Assembly: GCA_037133475.1 (NCBI GenBank)
Contig: JBAXOB010000015.1
Span: 9,460 to 73,459 of the forward strand
Origin: Bacteroidota bacterium
GTDB lineage: Bacteria > Bacteroidota > Bacteroidia > Bacteroidales > FEN-979
Length of the DNA stretch: 64,000 bases
Direction: 5' to 3'
The first letter of the stretch is position 1. Each line of letters opens with the position of its first letter. Shown piece by piece: positions 44,247 through 53,868 of this stretch. The notes under the pieces were generated by a model. That model saw only the letters and a list, made by a program, of their open reading frames with translations, was not told the DNA's origin and did not search any database. The position numbers were made by a program, and so were the translations under genes.

Positions 44247-47043
44247 TCTTGTTAGCCAATACTTTCTGCAGGTAGTTATAGTCGTAGTTAATGATATGCG
44301 ACATGAGTTTCCGGGCCAGGTCAGGTTTGGTAATTTCAATTTCCTTGATCAGTTCGTACAAATTGTCCAGGTCGGCGACCGACAATGCATGTTGCATCCT
44401 GGATATCAGTTCATCAGAGAGTTGTTCCATGTCTTCTGCCATGACCTCGGAACAAGATTTGTTCTCAAGGGCGTCACTGGTGGGTTGTTCCTCATAGACA
44501 TAGGATATATCCAGCAGTTTTCCGATCATCCCGAATAGATCCCGTTTATGGAAAGGTTTGGAAATTACCCCATCGAACCCCATTTCTGAAATAACTTCGG
44601 GAGCCTCCTGCATGGGAGTTGCGGTTATTGCAACTACCGGAATATGGTGATCCTGCATGAGTGAGGATAGTCGTTTCGTTGTTTCATATCCATCCATCCC
44701 CGGCATCTTCAAATCCATCAACACAAGGTGGATGGGTTGTGCTGCAAATTTTGCGATCGCGTCGGGCCCGCTGACGGCTTCAATGGTTTCAAAACCCGCT
44801 ATTTTCAGCAGTTCGGAAACCATATACAGGTTATCCTGCTGGTCATCAACGATGAGAATACGAACGGGCCCATGACATTCAGCGATGCGGACGACCTTTT
44901 TTAATGCTCTATCCCCGCCAAATCCGGCAGCTGTTTTCACCATCTTAACATGAACTGTAAATTCAGAACCAACTTCCGGGTTGCTGGCAAGGGTGATGTC
45001 ACCCCCCATCAGCAGGGCAAGCTCACGGCTCAAAGCAAGCCCCAGGCCGGTTCCGCTGCCATGCCGGATCCCGGTTGTTGTCTGCTCAAAAACGTGAAAT
45101 ATCTTCGGGAGTTCATTCGCTGAAATCCCCGGGCCGGAATCCTGTACGACCACAACCAGGTTTTCAATATCCCCCCCTGCATGCTCGCTGTTTATACGGA
45201 CTGCCACCCCCCCCTGGTCCGTGAATTTAACAGCATTCCCGATGAGATTTACCAGGATTCGCCTGAGTTTATTGCCATCCATAAAAACATTCCGGGGAAG
45301 ATCATCCGCTATTTCAAATACGAACCGAAGGTGTTTGGATTGGGCCAGTTTTTCAAATATCATCTGGATGTCGGCCAGCAAACCATACAGGTCAACATTT
45401 GTCTGGTTAAGTTCCAGGCGGCCTGCCTCCATTTTCGATAATTCCAGGACATCATTGAGCATCGACAACAAATGTTCACCGGCACGAATGATGGAATTGG
45501 CATATTCCTTCCGGGAATCGGTCAGAACCTTATCATGGCTCATCAATTGCGAAAATCCGATGATCGCGTTCAACGGCGTTCTGATCTCATGCGACATATT
45601 GGCAAGAAACAAACTCTTCGACTGGTTCGCCATCTCTGATTCCAGTTTCGCTTTCAGGAGAATTTCCTCCTTTTTCTTTTGTTCCGTGATATCCCAGTTT
45701 GTGCCGATCATATGAACAGCCCGTCCTGTGTCGTCTGGCTGAACCGCAGCCAGCGCCCGTATGTTGTGAACACTGCCATCGGGCCAGCATATCCGGAATT
45801 CGGTGTCAAACTCTTTTTCACCGCGGATGGCCATTTCATTTTCGGAATTACATCTGTCGACATCGTCGGGGTGAATGCTCTCAAGCCATGCTTCGTAGCG
45901 GCCGCTGAAATGTTCATGCCGCATCCCGTATAAGGCAAACATCTGTTCATCCCAGATCAGCAGGTTGTTTTCAATATCATAGTCCCACACGCCCACCCCA
46001 CCTGCACGCGTTGCCAGAGACAACCGGGCCGATATCTGCTTCAGGTCATGCTCCACCCGCTTTCGTTCCGTGATATCCAGGAAGACACCGGTTACCTTCT
46101 TTCCATCTCCCTCTGGCTCACTTTTACCCATCGACCCGATATCCAGGAACCACCTGTAGTCGCCCGATGAGGCCTTAATCCGGTATTCAGCCTCATATTT
46201 TTCCGCATCCCCGTCAAGATGCCTTTTCATTGCGTGCATAACCCTGTCATAGTCCTCGGGATGGACCAATGCCATAAAATCCTTATAATCGCCAAAATCA
46301 CCGGCATGATAACCGAGCATTTCAACTTCCCGGTTTTCAAAGGTCACCTTTCCAGTTTCAGGATTCATTTCCCACCACGACATATTGGCAACCTGCATCG
46401 CCAGTTTGAGTCGTTCGATGGTTGCCCGGAGCGCCTCCTGGGCATGCCATTGCTCTGAAATATCCTCAAAAATGGTTGCAAAATGCCGGTATTGCGGGCT
46501 GAATGCCCTAACGCGCAAATGCCTGTTGAAAGTCTTTGAAAAGTATTCAAAAATCACGGCTTTCCCTGTAAGGGCAACCTTGCCGTAAAGTTCAATCTGG
46601 GCGGAATCCGCCCCCGGGAAAAGTTCAAGTATGGTTTTCCCGATACATTCCCGGTAATCAATCCCTGTATGGCGCTCGCAGGAGGCATTTGCAACCAGGA
46701 ACCTGAAATTAACGGGAGTGCCATGATCATCGGTAATGATCTCCTGCAGCAAAAATCCCTCTTCCATGTTTTCAAACAGAAGCCGGTACATCGACTCGGC
46801 GTCCCTTAGCCGTGCCTCAGCCCTGGCGCGCTGCAGGTAAAACCTGCCACTTTTCCATACAAAAAACAGGACCACCGGGATCATTATGAACTCGAAAAAA
46901 CGAAAAAAATCCCGGGACAGAAGTTGGGTGGCCAAAGCCCTATATCCAGCTGATATTGTTTGGAATGCAACAGAAAACATCAAAAATATGACCATGTTGT
47001 GGAAGATAATATGGCACGGGTTTTGCAGCTCCTGAACCAGCAT
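44227..47043 (-). CDS. membrane-anchored multi-PAS hybrid sensor histidine kinase (HisKA-HATPase-REC plus helical tail)
   Basis: N-terminal TM segments. About 3 PAS/PAC units. H-box LFLANMSHEIRTPLNAIIGF. LVNLIGNAVKFT, VQDSGPGI, GTGLGLALS. REC: ILIVDDQQDN...LVLMDLKMPGMDGYETTKRL...ISKPF. Confidence 0.9.
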   Translation of the reverse strand: MLVQELQNPCHIIFHNMVIFLMFSVAFQTISAGYRALATQLLSRDFFRFFEFIMIPVVLFFVWKSGRFYLQRARAEARLRDAESMYRLLFENMEEGFLLQEIITDDHGTPVNFRFLVANASCERHTGIDYRECIGKTILELFPGADSAQIELYGKVALTGKAVIFEYFSKTFNRHLRVRAFSPQYRHFATIFEDISEQWHAQEALRATIERLKLAMQVANMSWWEMNPETGKVTFENREVEMLGYHAGDFGDYKDFMALVHPEDYDRVMHAMKRHLDGDAEKYEAEYRIKASSGDYRWFLDIGSMGKSEPEGDGKKVTGVFLDITERKRVEHDLKQISARLSLATRAGGVGVWDYDIENNLLIWDEQMFALYGMRHEHFSGRYEAWLESIHPDDVDRCNSENEMAIRGEKEFDTEFRICWPDGSVHNIRALAAVQPDDTGRAVHMIGTNWDITEQKKKEEILLKAKLESEMANQSKSLFLANMSHEIRTPLNAIIGFSQLMSHDKVLTDSRKEYANSIIRAGEHLLSMLNDVLELSKMEAGRLELNQTNVDLYGLLADIQMIFEKLAQSKHLRFVFEIADDLPRNVFMDGNKLRRILVNLIGNAVKFTDQGGVAVRINSEHAGGDIENLVVVVQDSGPGISANELPKIFHVFEQTTTGIRHGSGTGLGLALSRELALLMGGDITLASNPEVGSEFTVHVKMVKTAAGFGGDRALKKVVRIAECHGPVRILIVDDQQDNLYMVSELLKIAGFETIEAVSGPDAIAKFAAQPIHLVLMDLKMPGMDGYETTKRLSSLMQDHHIPVVAITATPMQEAPEVISEMGFDGVISKPFHKRDLFGMIGKLLDISYVYEEQPTSDALENKSCSEVMAEDMEQLSDELISRMQHALSVADLDNLYELIKEIEITKPDLARKLMSHIINYDYNYLQKVLANKNAIYEK

Positions 47044-47174
47044 TCAAAAGTAGGAATAAAAAACAAACCTGCATTTGTCTGTCAGGATAATGATGGCGTT
47101 GCCTGGATCATGAATCACGAGCAGTTTCGCCTGAAATTCGCACATTATTCCCCTTAAAAAGCAGATTAAATGAT

Positions 47175-47182
47175 TAACTTTG
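47175..47182 (+). promoter_or_regulatory. candidate -7 box (TAACTTTG) for the TPR gene
   Basis: TAnnTTTG match 22 nt upstream of the ATG at 47205. Confidence 0.35.
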
Positions 47183-47204
47183 TCATTCACGTTACCGGAA
47201 ACAT

Positions 47205-49433
47205 ATGACACGCAAAGAGACAGAACAGCGGTATTCACGGGTGTGTGACCTTGTTTTCACCCGCCAGTTGAAAAGTTCACTGGATGAACTGGAAAAACTT
47301 ATCCGGTTTACCTCCCGGTCGGAATATTATTACCAGCTTGAAACGCTGGCTGAAAACTACAGGACGCTTCTCCGTTATGCTTTTGACGGTTACCATGATC
47401 CTCAGCAGAAGAAAATCCTGGATGGGCTAAGCGCTTCAATCCTCGGGATGGCTGATGAAATCAGGCAATCGCTGCTCGACCGCGAACTGCCTGCAACAAG
47501 AGAAGAACGGCTCAGGCTGCTCAGCAGGTTCGGCGAAGATCCTCAAACGTTCACCATCAGGATAGAGGAGATTTTTTTCCACCGGGAGGTGAACAAGCTC
47601 ATTGATGAAACACATTCCAATGGCGACAACCAACAGGATGCCGGTTTTATCCCGGTTGGCCAGATGGACCAGATTTTCAAGCTTATCTGGCTGACTGACC
47701 GGATGACCGAAGAACACATGGCCCTGATCCGCCGGATCAACCGCTCAAAACAGGTTGAGTGGCATGAAAAATGCCTCGTGGTCAGCGCACTCACGCTCAG
47801 CCTCCTTAACCATTTTGATCCCCATAAGATCATCCTGCTGGTTGCGTTCGCCGAAACGAAAGAAAACCAGGTTTACCAGCGGGCTCTAACCGGCCTCATC
47901 CTGGGCTTGCTGGTCTACGACAAGCGCATCGGCCTGTACCCCGATCTTACGGACAAACTGTCGCTGTTCAGCCGCGATGAAGTCTCTTATGCAGAGGTTG
48001 AACTGATCCTGCTGCAGCTGCTGATGGCCAAGGAGACCGATAAGATCACCCGGGAATTTGAAGAGGAGGTGCTTCCCGAGATGAAAAAAATGATGCCCAA
48101 GATCGAGGATAAACTGCAACTCAACGATCTCAGTGAAGACGAGGACATGGAGGGTAAAAACCCGGGCTGGAAGGATATGATCGAGGAGGTTCCCGGCCTG
48201 TTTGAAAAAATTGAAAAATTTTCAAAAATGCAGATGGAGGGCGGCGACGTATTCATGAGCACTTTCCAGCTGCTCAAACGGTTCGATTTCTTCAACGCCA
48301 TGAGCAACTGGTTTGTCCCCTTCCACCGCGACCATCCTGAAATCAGCAGGAGTTTTTCCGAAAGCGAGGAGATCAATACACGCCTGCTGGAAAGCCTGGA
48401 TAAGGCTTTTTATATCTGCAACTCGGATAAATACTCCTTTGCCATCAACTTCAGGGCGATCCCCGACCAGCAACGCAGCATGATCGTGACCAATTTCGAA
48501 GCAGAATTTGCCCAGATGAAGGAGATGGCATCTGAGGAACAGATCCTTGACCAGTCGCTGACTTCCAACGCTATTTTCATACAGTACATCCAGGATCTGT
48601 ACAGGTTTTTTAAATTGTATCCGGCGAGACTGGAATTTGAGGATATTTTTAAACGCAAAATCCGTTTCAACGACCTTGCTTTTTACAAAAAGTATTTTGA
48701 ACGTCCCGGGTTTATTGAGAAACTGGCCTCCTTCCATTTCGAAAAGGACCATTTTTATGATGCCATTGATGTTTATGAGGACATCATGGAACGATACGGA
48801 CCTCATCGTGAATATTTTGAAAAGATTGGCTATTGCTACCAGAAAACGGGCCGGTTTAAAAAAGCGGTCGAGTTTTACCGTAAGGCAGAGCTCTTTGACG
48901 GCGACCGTATTTGGGTACTGCGGAAACTTGCCTGGTGCTACCTTAAACTTAAGGATTACGAACAGGCGTTGATATTTTTCAAAGACGCGTCGGAACTGAT
49001 CCCTGATGATATCACGCTGAAGATGCAGATCGGGCAGTGCTACCTTAACCTGAAGGATTATGAGCATGCGCTGCATCAATACTCAGGGCTCAGGTTCTTC
49101 TCACCCGACAACCTGAAGGTGTTGCGGCCAATCGCCTACTGCCAGTTCACGCTGGGGAAACCGGAGCTTGCCCTGGAAATCTATGCCCAGATCTTCGGCC
49201 TCTCACCGGATCCATCGGCCTTCGACCTGATGAATGCAGCCCATGTGCGGCTCTGCCTGGGCCAGCGAAACGAAGCCATTGCACTCTATCGCCAATGCCT
49301 TTCACTGACCGTCCCGGGCCGCGCGGCATTGATGGAGGCATTTGACGAAGATGCCCATTTCCTTGTCACCAATGGGATCCCCGCAGCTGAAATCCCGCTG
49401 ATCCGCGACTACCTTATGTTTCAGACAGAATGA
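47205..49433 (+). CDS. tetratricopeptide-repeat protein with large unassigned N-terminal region
   Basis: The C-terminal third has canonical TPR units (YFEKIGYCYQKTGRFKKAVEFYRKAELF, WCYLKLKDYEQALIFFKDASEL, GQCYLNLKDYEHALHQY). The N-terminal roughly 450 aa have no recognised motif. Confidence 0.75.
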   Translation: MTRKETEQRYSRVCDLVFTRQLKSSLDELEKLIRFTSRSEYYYQLETLAENYRTLLRYAFDGYHDPQQKKILDGLSASILGMADEIRQSLLDRELPATREERLRLLSRFGEDPQTFTIRIEEIFFHREVNKLIDETHSNGDNQQDAGFIPVGQMDQIFKLIWLTDRMTEEHMALIRRINRSKQVEWHEKCLVVSALTLSLLNHFDPHKIILLVAFAETKENQVYQRALTGLILGLLVYDKRIGLYPDLTDKLSLFSRDEVSYAEVELILLQLLMAKETDKITREFEEEVLPEMKKMMPKIEDKLQLNDLSEDEDMEGKNPGWKDMIEEVPGLFEKIEKFSKMQMEGGDVFMSTFQLLKRFDFFNAMSNWFVPFHRDHPEISRSFSESEEINTRLLESLDKAFYICNSDKYSFAINFRAIPDQQRSMIVTNFEAEFAQMKEMASEEQILDQSLTSNAIFIQYIQDLYRFFKLYPARLEFEDIFKRKIRFNDLAFYKKYFERPGFIEKLASFHFEKDHFYDAIDVYEDIMERYGPHREYFEKIGYCYQKTGRFKKAVEFYRKAELFDGDRIWVLRKLAWCYLKLKDYEQALIFFKDASELIPDDITLKMQIGQCYLNLKDYEHALHQYSGLRFFSPDNLKVLRPIAYCQFTLGKPELALEIYAQIFGLSPDPSAFDLMNAAHVRLCLGQRNEAIALYRQCLSLTVPGRAALMEAFDEDAHFLVTNGIPAAEIPLIRDYLMFQTE

Positions 49434-49660
49434 CAAATCCTGTCAGATCCGTCACACAGTGAAAACAGTTGAATAGGCTACGATAAAGGGAGGGCCTGCG
49501 GCAGTTGTCCTGATATTTTGTCTGCCCTGCCTTTTGAATATTCATCCGTCAGATAAGCCAATAGTTTTAACTTTGTGGCCGAGGGATCACCTTTGCACGG
49601 TCATCCCCGCACAATTTTCCCGGGCGGACTGCCGGATAGTTTTTTTATATATTACGGAAT

Positions 49661-51310
49661 ATGGAAAATTCCATACGATGGCAACGAGCTGAACTGCTGA
49701 TTTTCACAACGGTCGCACTGGTGAACCTGCTGCCCTTTGTGGCAACACGGTTTTTCCCGAGTATGGACGGACCTTCGCACCTGTGCAACTCGAATATCAT
49801 CAATCAACTGGTCTTTTACCACAACAACCTGTTCCATCAGTTCTTCACGATCAACCCCGAGCCGGTTCCAAACTGGACTTCCCACCTGCTGGTCTCTTTG
49901 CTGATGCTCGTCATGCCGGCATTCCTGGCAGAAAAGATCCTGATCCTGATCATTCTCACCGGGATTCCCTTCGCCTTCCGCACCCTCCTGCAAACCATCT
50001 CGCCAAGGCAAACGCTGTACAGCTTTCTGATTTTCCCCTTTACCCATTCGATGTTCTTCTTTTTCGGTTTCTATAATTTCTGCCTGGCCATCCTGTTTTT
50101 CCTGGTCACCCTGAATTACTGGCTGAGACATGAGCAAACCCCCTGGAATCCGAAAAGATTGATCTCCTTCGTTTTACTGGTAACAGCAACCTATTTTTCC
50201 CATATCGTGATCTTCGGGCTTCTTATCATCATCATTATCCTGCATATGGCCACGGGGTTCATCGCCGGATTGCTGGTCAAAGAGGCAGGGGTTAAAACCA
50301 TGATCATGAGGCTATGGAAAAAGATCATCATCGTCACCCTCGCTTCAATCGTGCCGTTCCTACTGTTCATCTATTTCTTCTATTCCCGCCCGGGTACGCG
50401 CGTAATCAGTTTCATTTCCCGGCAGGAGCTGATCAGCTACCTGGTGACGGTCAGGCCGGCCATCACTTTCAATATTATCGATGAAGGGAGGTTTACCAGG
50501 TTCCTGTTTTACCTGTTGATCCTGTTGGTCGCCATCGGACTGGGCGCCTTCCTGACCCGGCTGGCCCGCATGCTGTTTTCAAAGCCTGGCGAAAAAAGGG
50601 GGCATCCTGAAACACTGTTGCCACAGCCGGCATTCTGGTGGTTGCTGGCCTCTGCCGGGTTAATGCTCTTCCTCTTTTTCAACCTCCCCGACGCTTACGG
50701 GACCGCCAGTTACACCAGCCTGCGCATTGCCTTTATTTTTTTCCTGACCCTGTTCCTGCTGATTTCCACCTTCAGGCTCCCCTGGTGGATCGGCCTCCTG
50801 GCGCTCTTTATCGGCGTTTCTGTCAACCTGGCCCTCATCAGGTTCTACCGGCCGAAAATCATGGAATTAAGTTCGCTTGCCGTTTCTGTCAACAAAACAG
50901 CCGATCATGTCGCCCCCAACAGCATGGTGCTGCCCGTTGACGGGCTGGAAGAGTGGTATACCGGCCATTTTGCCGACTTCCTGGCAGTCGACAAACCCAT
51001 TGTGATGATCAAGAATTACGAATGCGTGAGCGGCTATTTTCCAGTTATCTGGAATAAGGATACCAAGCCTGATTGTTTCCTGGGTTCGCCTGCTACCCCC
51101 CGGAGATATATGAATTTCGGGGTTACCAAAGGCCATCCCTATATTCCCGTCGATTATGTTCTCGTCATCGGGCAATATGATCCTGCCAGGGACTGGTTCT
51201 GCACCCTTCACCGCATTCTGACCAACGACTTTGTCCTGGTTTATTCAAACGAGCATTGCAGGTTATTTAAAAACAAGGCTCCCAGGATACCAGTCAAACT
51301 TCCCGGTTAA
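49661..51310 (+). CDS. polytopic membrane protein (GT-C-like?) with C-terminal soluble domain
   Basis: At least 10 hydrophobic segments. The first loop carries an acidic motif, FFPSMDGPSHL. The C-terminal roughly 150 aa are non-hydrophobic. The family was not recognised. Confidence 0.6.
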   Translation: MENSIRWQRAELLIFTTVALVNLLPFVATRFFPSMDGPSHLCNSNIINQLVFYHNNLFHQFFTINPEPVPNWTSHLLVSLLMLVMPAFLAEKILILIILTGIPFAFRTLLQTISPRQTLYSFLIFPFTHSMFFFFGFYNFCLAILFFLVTLNYWLRHEQTPWNPKRLISFVLLVTATYFSHIVIFGLLIIIIILHMATGFIAGLLVKEAGVKTMIMRLWKKIIIVTLASIVPFLLFIYFFYSRPGTRVISFISRQELISYLVTVRPAITFNIIDEGRFTRFLFYLLILLVAIGLGAFLTRLARMLFSKPGEKRGHPETLLPQPAFWWLLASAGLMLFLFFNLPDAYGTASYTSLRIAFIFFLTLFLLISTFRLPWWIGLLALFIGVSVNLALIRFYRPKIMELSSLAVSVNKTADHVAPNSMVLPVDGLEEWYTGHFADFLAVDKPIVMIKNYECVSGYFPVIWNKDTKPDCFLGSPATPRRYMNFGVTKGHPYIPVDYVLVIGQYDPARDWFCTLHRILTNDFVLVYSNEHCRLFKNKAPRIPVKLPG

Positions 51311-51390
51311 ACCCAAGGTATGACATAAATCCTGTTTCCATGTCAAAAGACCGGGCGATGCCCCCATACTCTGAACACAGCAAATTACCA

Positions 51391-51436
51391 TGTTAACGTT
51401 GTGCAACCATTGTGAATCTTGTGGTTCGGTTAAACC
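51391..51436. repeat. partial third copy of the CATTGTG/GGTTAA intergenic repeat
   Basis: tgttaacgttgtgcaaccattgtgaatcttgtggttcggttaaacc resembles the 3' half of the 21632 and 24651 elements (...aatcattgtgaacattgtggttaaaac). Confidence 0.5.
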
Positions 51437-51525
51437 AGGCTCAGCGTTTCCTGTCCAGGTTACCTTTGCAACGCCCACGCAACACTGAAAGATTTTTTGT
51501 ACTATTTTTACAAAAATTCACATGT

Positions 51526-53337
51526 ATGCCTAAACCAAGGCAAAACCGGGCACCGGTTCCGGCGGCGAAAACCAGGCAGGAGGCCAGAATGGCCCCTCCG
51601 CCGCCATCCTGGCAATCACCCTTCCTGTGGCTGATCCTGGTTCCCGGATTACTCTATGCACGTATCATTTTCTTTGATCTCACGGCCCTCGACGATCAGT
51701 TTTTTGTCATCGAACATGCAGATTTCAACCACCACCTTGGCAACCTGTTCCAGGTATTCCACCAGGGTCTGTTTGTCCCGAAAAACGATATCTATTACCG
51801 CCCCCTATTCCTGGCGGACATGATCCTGGAGAACCAGCTGTTTGGCACCTCCCCCTGGGGCTATCACCTGATGAGCCTTGTATTTCATCTCCTGTCGGAT
51901 TGCCTGCTTTTTATCTTCCTGAAGAAAATCAGGATCCCGGCAACCACTGCCTTTATCCTGGCGCTTCTTTTTGCCGTTCACCCCGTGCTTTCCCAGACCG
52001 TCGCCTGGATTCCCGGCAGGAACGACCTGATCCTGATGATCTTTTTACTCGTTACATTGATCTGTACCGTTGATTATTTCAGAACATCGGCATGGTTCTA
52101 CCTGGCAGCCCTGTTCATCTCCTTCCTTTTCGCCCTGCTCACCAAGGAGACTGCCGTGATCATCCCTGTTATCACGGTACTGATCCTCCGGCTGGTCCTG
52201 GCTGTAAAGCTTTCAAGGATGTGGCCGCTGGTTGCCGCCTGGGCACTGGCTTTGCTGATCTGGTATGGGCTGAGGGCCACCTCCGACCCGTCGTACCAGG
52301 GGATGTTGCTGCAGGAGATGTTACGCTCCGGCATTTCAAGGATACCGGCCATTCTCCAGTACCTGGGGAAGATATTTTTCCCTGTCAACCTCGCTGCAGT
52401 CCCAAGGTTTGAAGATATCACCCTGCTGTGGGGAATCCTTGCCTTGGGCATCCTCGCCACCCTTGTCGCCGTTTCGGGTGCAATCAGGAAACCCCTGGTG
52501 ATTGTCGGGTTGCTGTGGTTCCTGCTCTTCCTGCTCCCGGTATTGACCGTCCCCAAACTGCTGAACGACCAGGTTTATGAGCACCGGCTGTATATTCCAT
52601 TCATCGGGATCCTGCTGGTGATCAGCGAAACAATCCTCTTTTCGGGAAAATGGGATAAAAAAAGAATCCTGGTAGCAGCGACAGCCGTTTTACTGGTATT
52701 TTTCGCCATATCATTTTCCCGGATTGGTTGTTTCGAAAACCGCCAGGTCTTCTGGGAAAAGGCTGTTGAGGATGCCCCGACCTCGGCCTTTGCCATGCTA
52801 AACCGGGGAATCCAGACAAAGGATTCGCTCCACCGCGAAAAATATATCCGGCAGGCCTATGCGCTGGATCCGAAACAGATGCTGGTGAATTACTGGATGG
52901 GGATTACGGCCGAAAGAAACAAAAAAACCGATTCGGCAATCTATTTTTACAGGAAAGAACTGGCCTTTTCAAATTTCCCCGATCTCTATTTCAACCTTTC
53001 GCGAAGCCTGTTTAATGTAGAAAAGTATGACAGTGCGGCATATTTCCTTGCCAAGGGTGTAGAACTTGATCCCTCCAGGACCGCTGCGGTGAAGGTACTG
53101 GCGGAAGTTTATTTTAAACTTGCTGAATCGGCCTTTAGCCGGCAGCAATACGACAGTACAGTTTACCTCCTCAGGCAGGTTACTACCTTCGATCCCAGGA
53201 ATGAACAGGCAAACCATAACCTGGCCATGGTATGGTTCCTGACAGGCCACAAAAAGGAGGCGCTGCAGGTAATGGAGCAAATGCGGGTGAACGGAATCAG
53301 CATCTCGGGCGACCTGGTCAGTCTGGCGAAGCAGTAG
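51526..53337 (+). CDS. TMTC/PMT-like GT-C membrane glycosyltransferase fused to C-terminal TPR repeats
   Basis: The ORF-track start is GTG, so I prefer the ATG at 51526. First-loop DD motif (LTALDDQFFVIEH). YYRPLF...WGYHLMSLVFHLLSDCLLFIFL (DUF1736/TMTC-like). At least 9 TM segments. C-terminal TPRs (YWMGITAERNKKTDSAIYFYRKELA, AEVYFKLAESAFSRQQYDSTVYLLRQV). Confidence 0.7.
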   Translation: MPKPRQNRAPVPAAKTRQEARMAPPPPSWQSPFLWLILVPGLLYARIIFFDLTALDDQFFVIEHADFNHHLGNLFQVFHQGLFVPKNDIYYRPLFLADMILENQLFGTSPWGYHLMSLVFHLLSDCLLFIFLKKIRIPATTAFILALLFAVHPVLSQTVAWIPGRNDLILMIFLLVTLICTVDYFRTSAWFYLAALFISFLFALLTKETAVIIPVITVLILRLVLAVKLSRMWPLVAAWALALLIWYGLRATSDPSYQGMLLQEMLRSGISRIPAILQYLGKIFFPVNLAAVPRFEDITLLWGILALGILATLVAVSGAIRKPLVIVGLLWFLLFLLPVLTVPKLLNDQVYEHRLYIPFIGILLVISETILFSGKWDKKRILVAATAVLLVFFAISFSRIGCFENRQVFWEKAVEDAPTSAFAMLNRGIQTKDSLHREKYIRQAYALDPKQMLVNYWMGITAERNKKTDSAIYFYRKELAFSNFPDLYFNLSRSLFNVEKYDSAAYFLAKGVELDPSRTAAVKVLAEVYFKLAESAFSRQQYDSTVYLLRQVTTFDPRNEQANHNLAMVWFLTGHKKEALQVMEQMRVNGISISGDLVSLAKQ

Positions 53338-53868
53338 CAGGTGCTGTCCGGCAGGTAAAATTTCATCCCCAAGGTTTTCCTTCGGTTCAACCCCAAAAAA
53401 AGAGGGTGTCGCAAATGTTTCAAACAGCTCCCTGCACCATCCTTAATCATATGCTTATTAGATCTTTATAGTATTTTGCTGGTTGCGGGTGCCACCCTAT
53501 CGTGCATTCATCAGCCTCGTTGACGGAGGTTTCTTTGTCATATTCAGGTCATCTTTGCATGATCCGGTTTTTATGCGTATGTTTGTATTGGCTTCAGTCA
53601 GAATATTCAGGTACAGGCTCCTTCATCGTTCATAACCTTTGCCAACATACCGTGTTGCCGGTACTCCTCAGCCGGCAAACCGCCATTTTCCCAGCAGGAG
53701 GTGAAAAACAGCCAGAAGCGCTTATCGGGTGTTTCTTCCCGCTGTTTCCGGTCCTTTCATGTGCCACAAAGTGCATCTGTGGTCCGGTTATTGAGAGGGT
53801 TCAACCCCTTTTTTCTTCCCTGGTGGATCAGGCATTCACCGATTTGTTACGGCTCAAAACAAGAGATC

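Noticed and set aside
44227-44560. C-terminal helical tail of the 938-aa hybrid kinase as an Hpt domain.
   Set aside because: No HxxKG-type phosphoacceptor motif is present. The only His context is RMQHALSVADL, so I left it as an unassigned helical extension.
53338-53868. An unusually long (531 bp) non-coding stretch before the PAS kinase. A minus-strand open frame (53607..53756) reads ...DKRFWLFFTSCWENGGLPAEEYRQHGMLAKVMNDEGACT*.
   Set aside because: The frame is bounded upstream by a stop and has no plausible start before its last 15 codons. No repeat, hairpin or known RNA motif was seen. It could be a gene remnant or a long leader, but I cannot support either.
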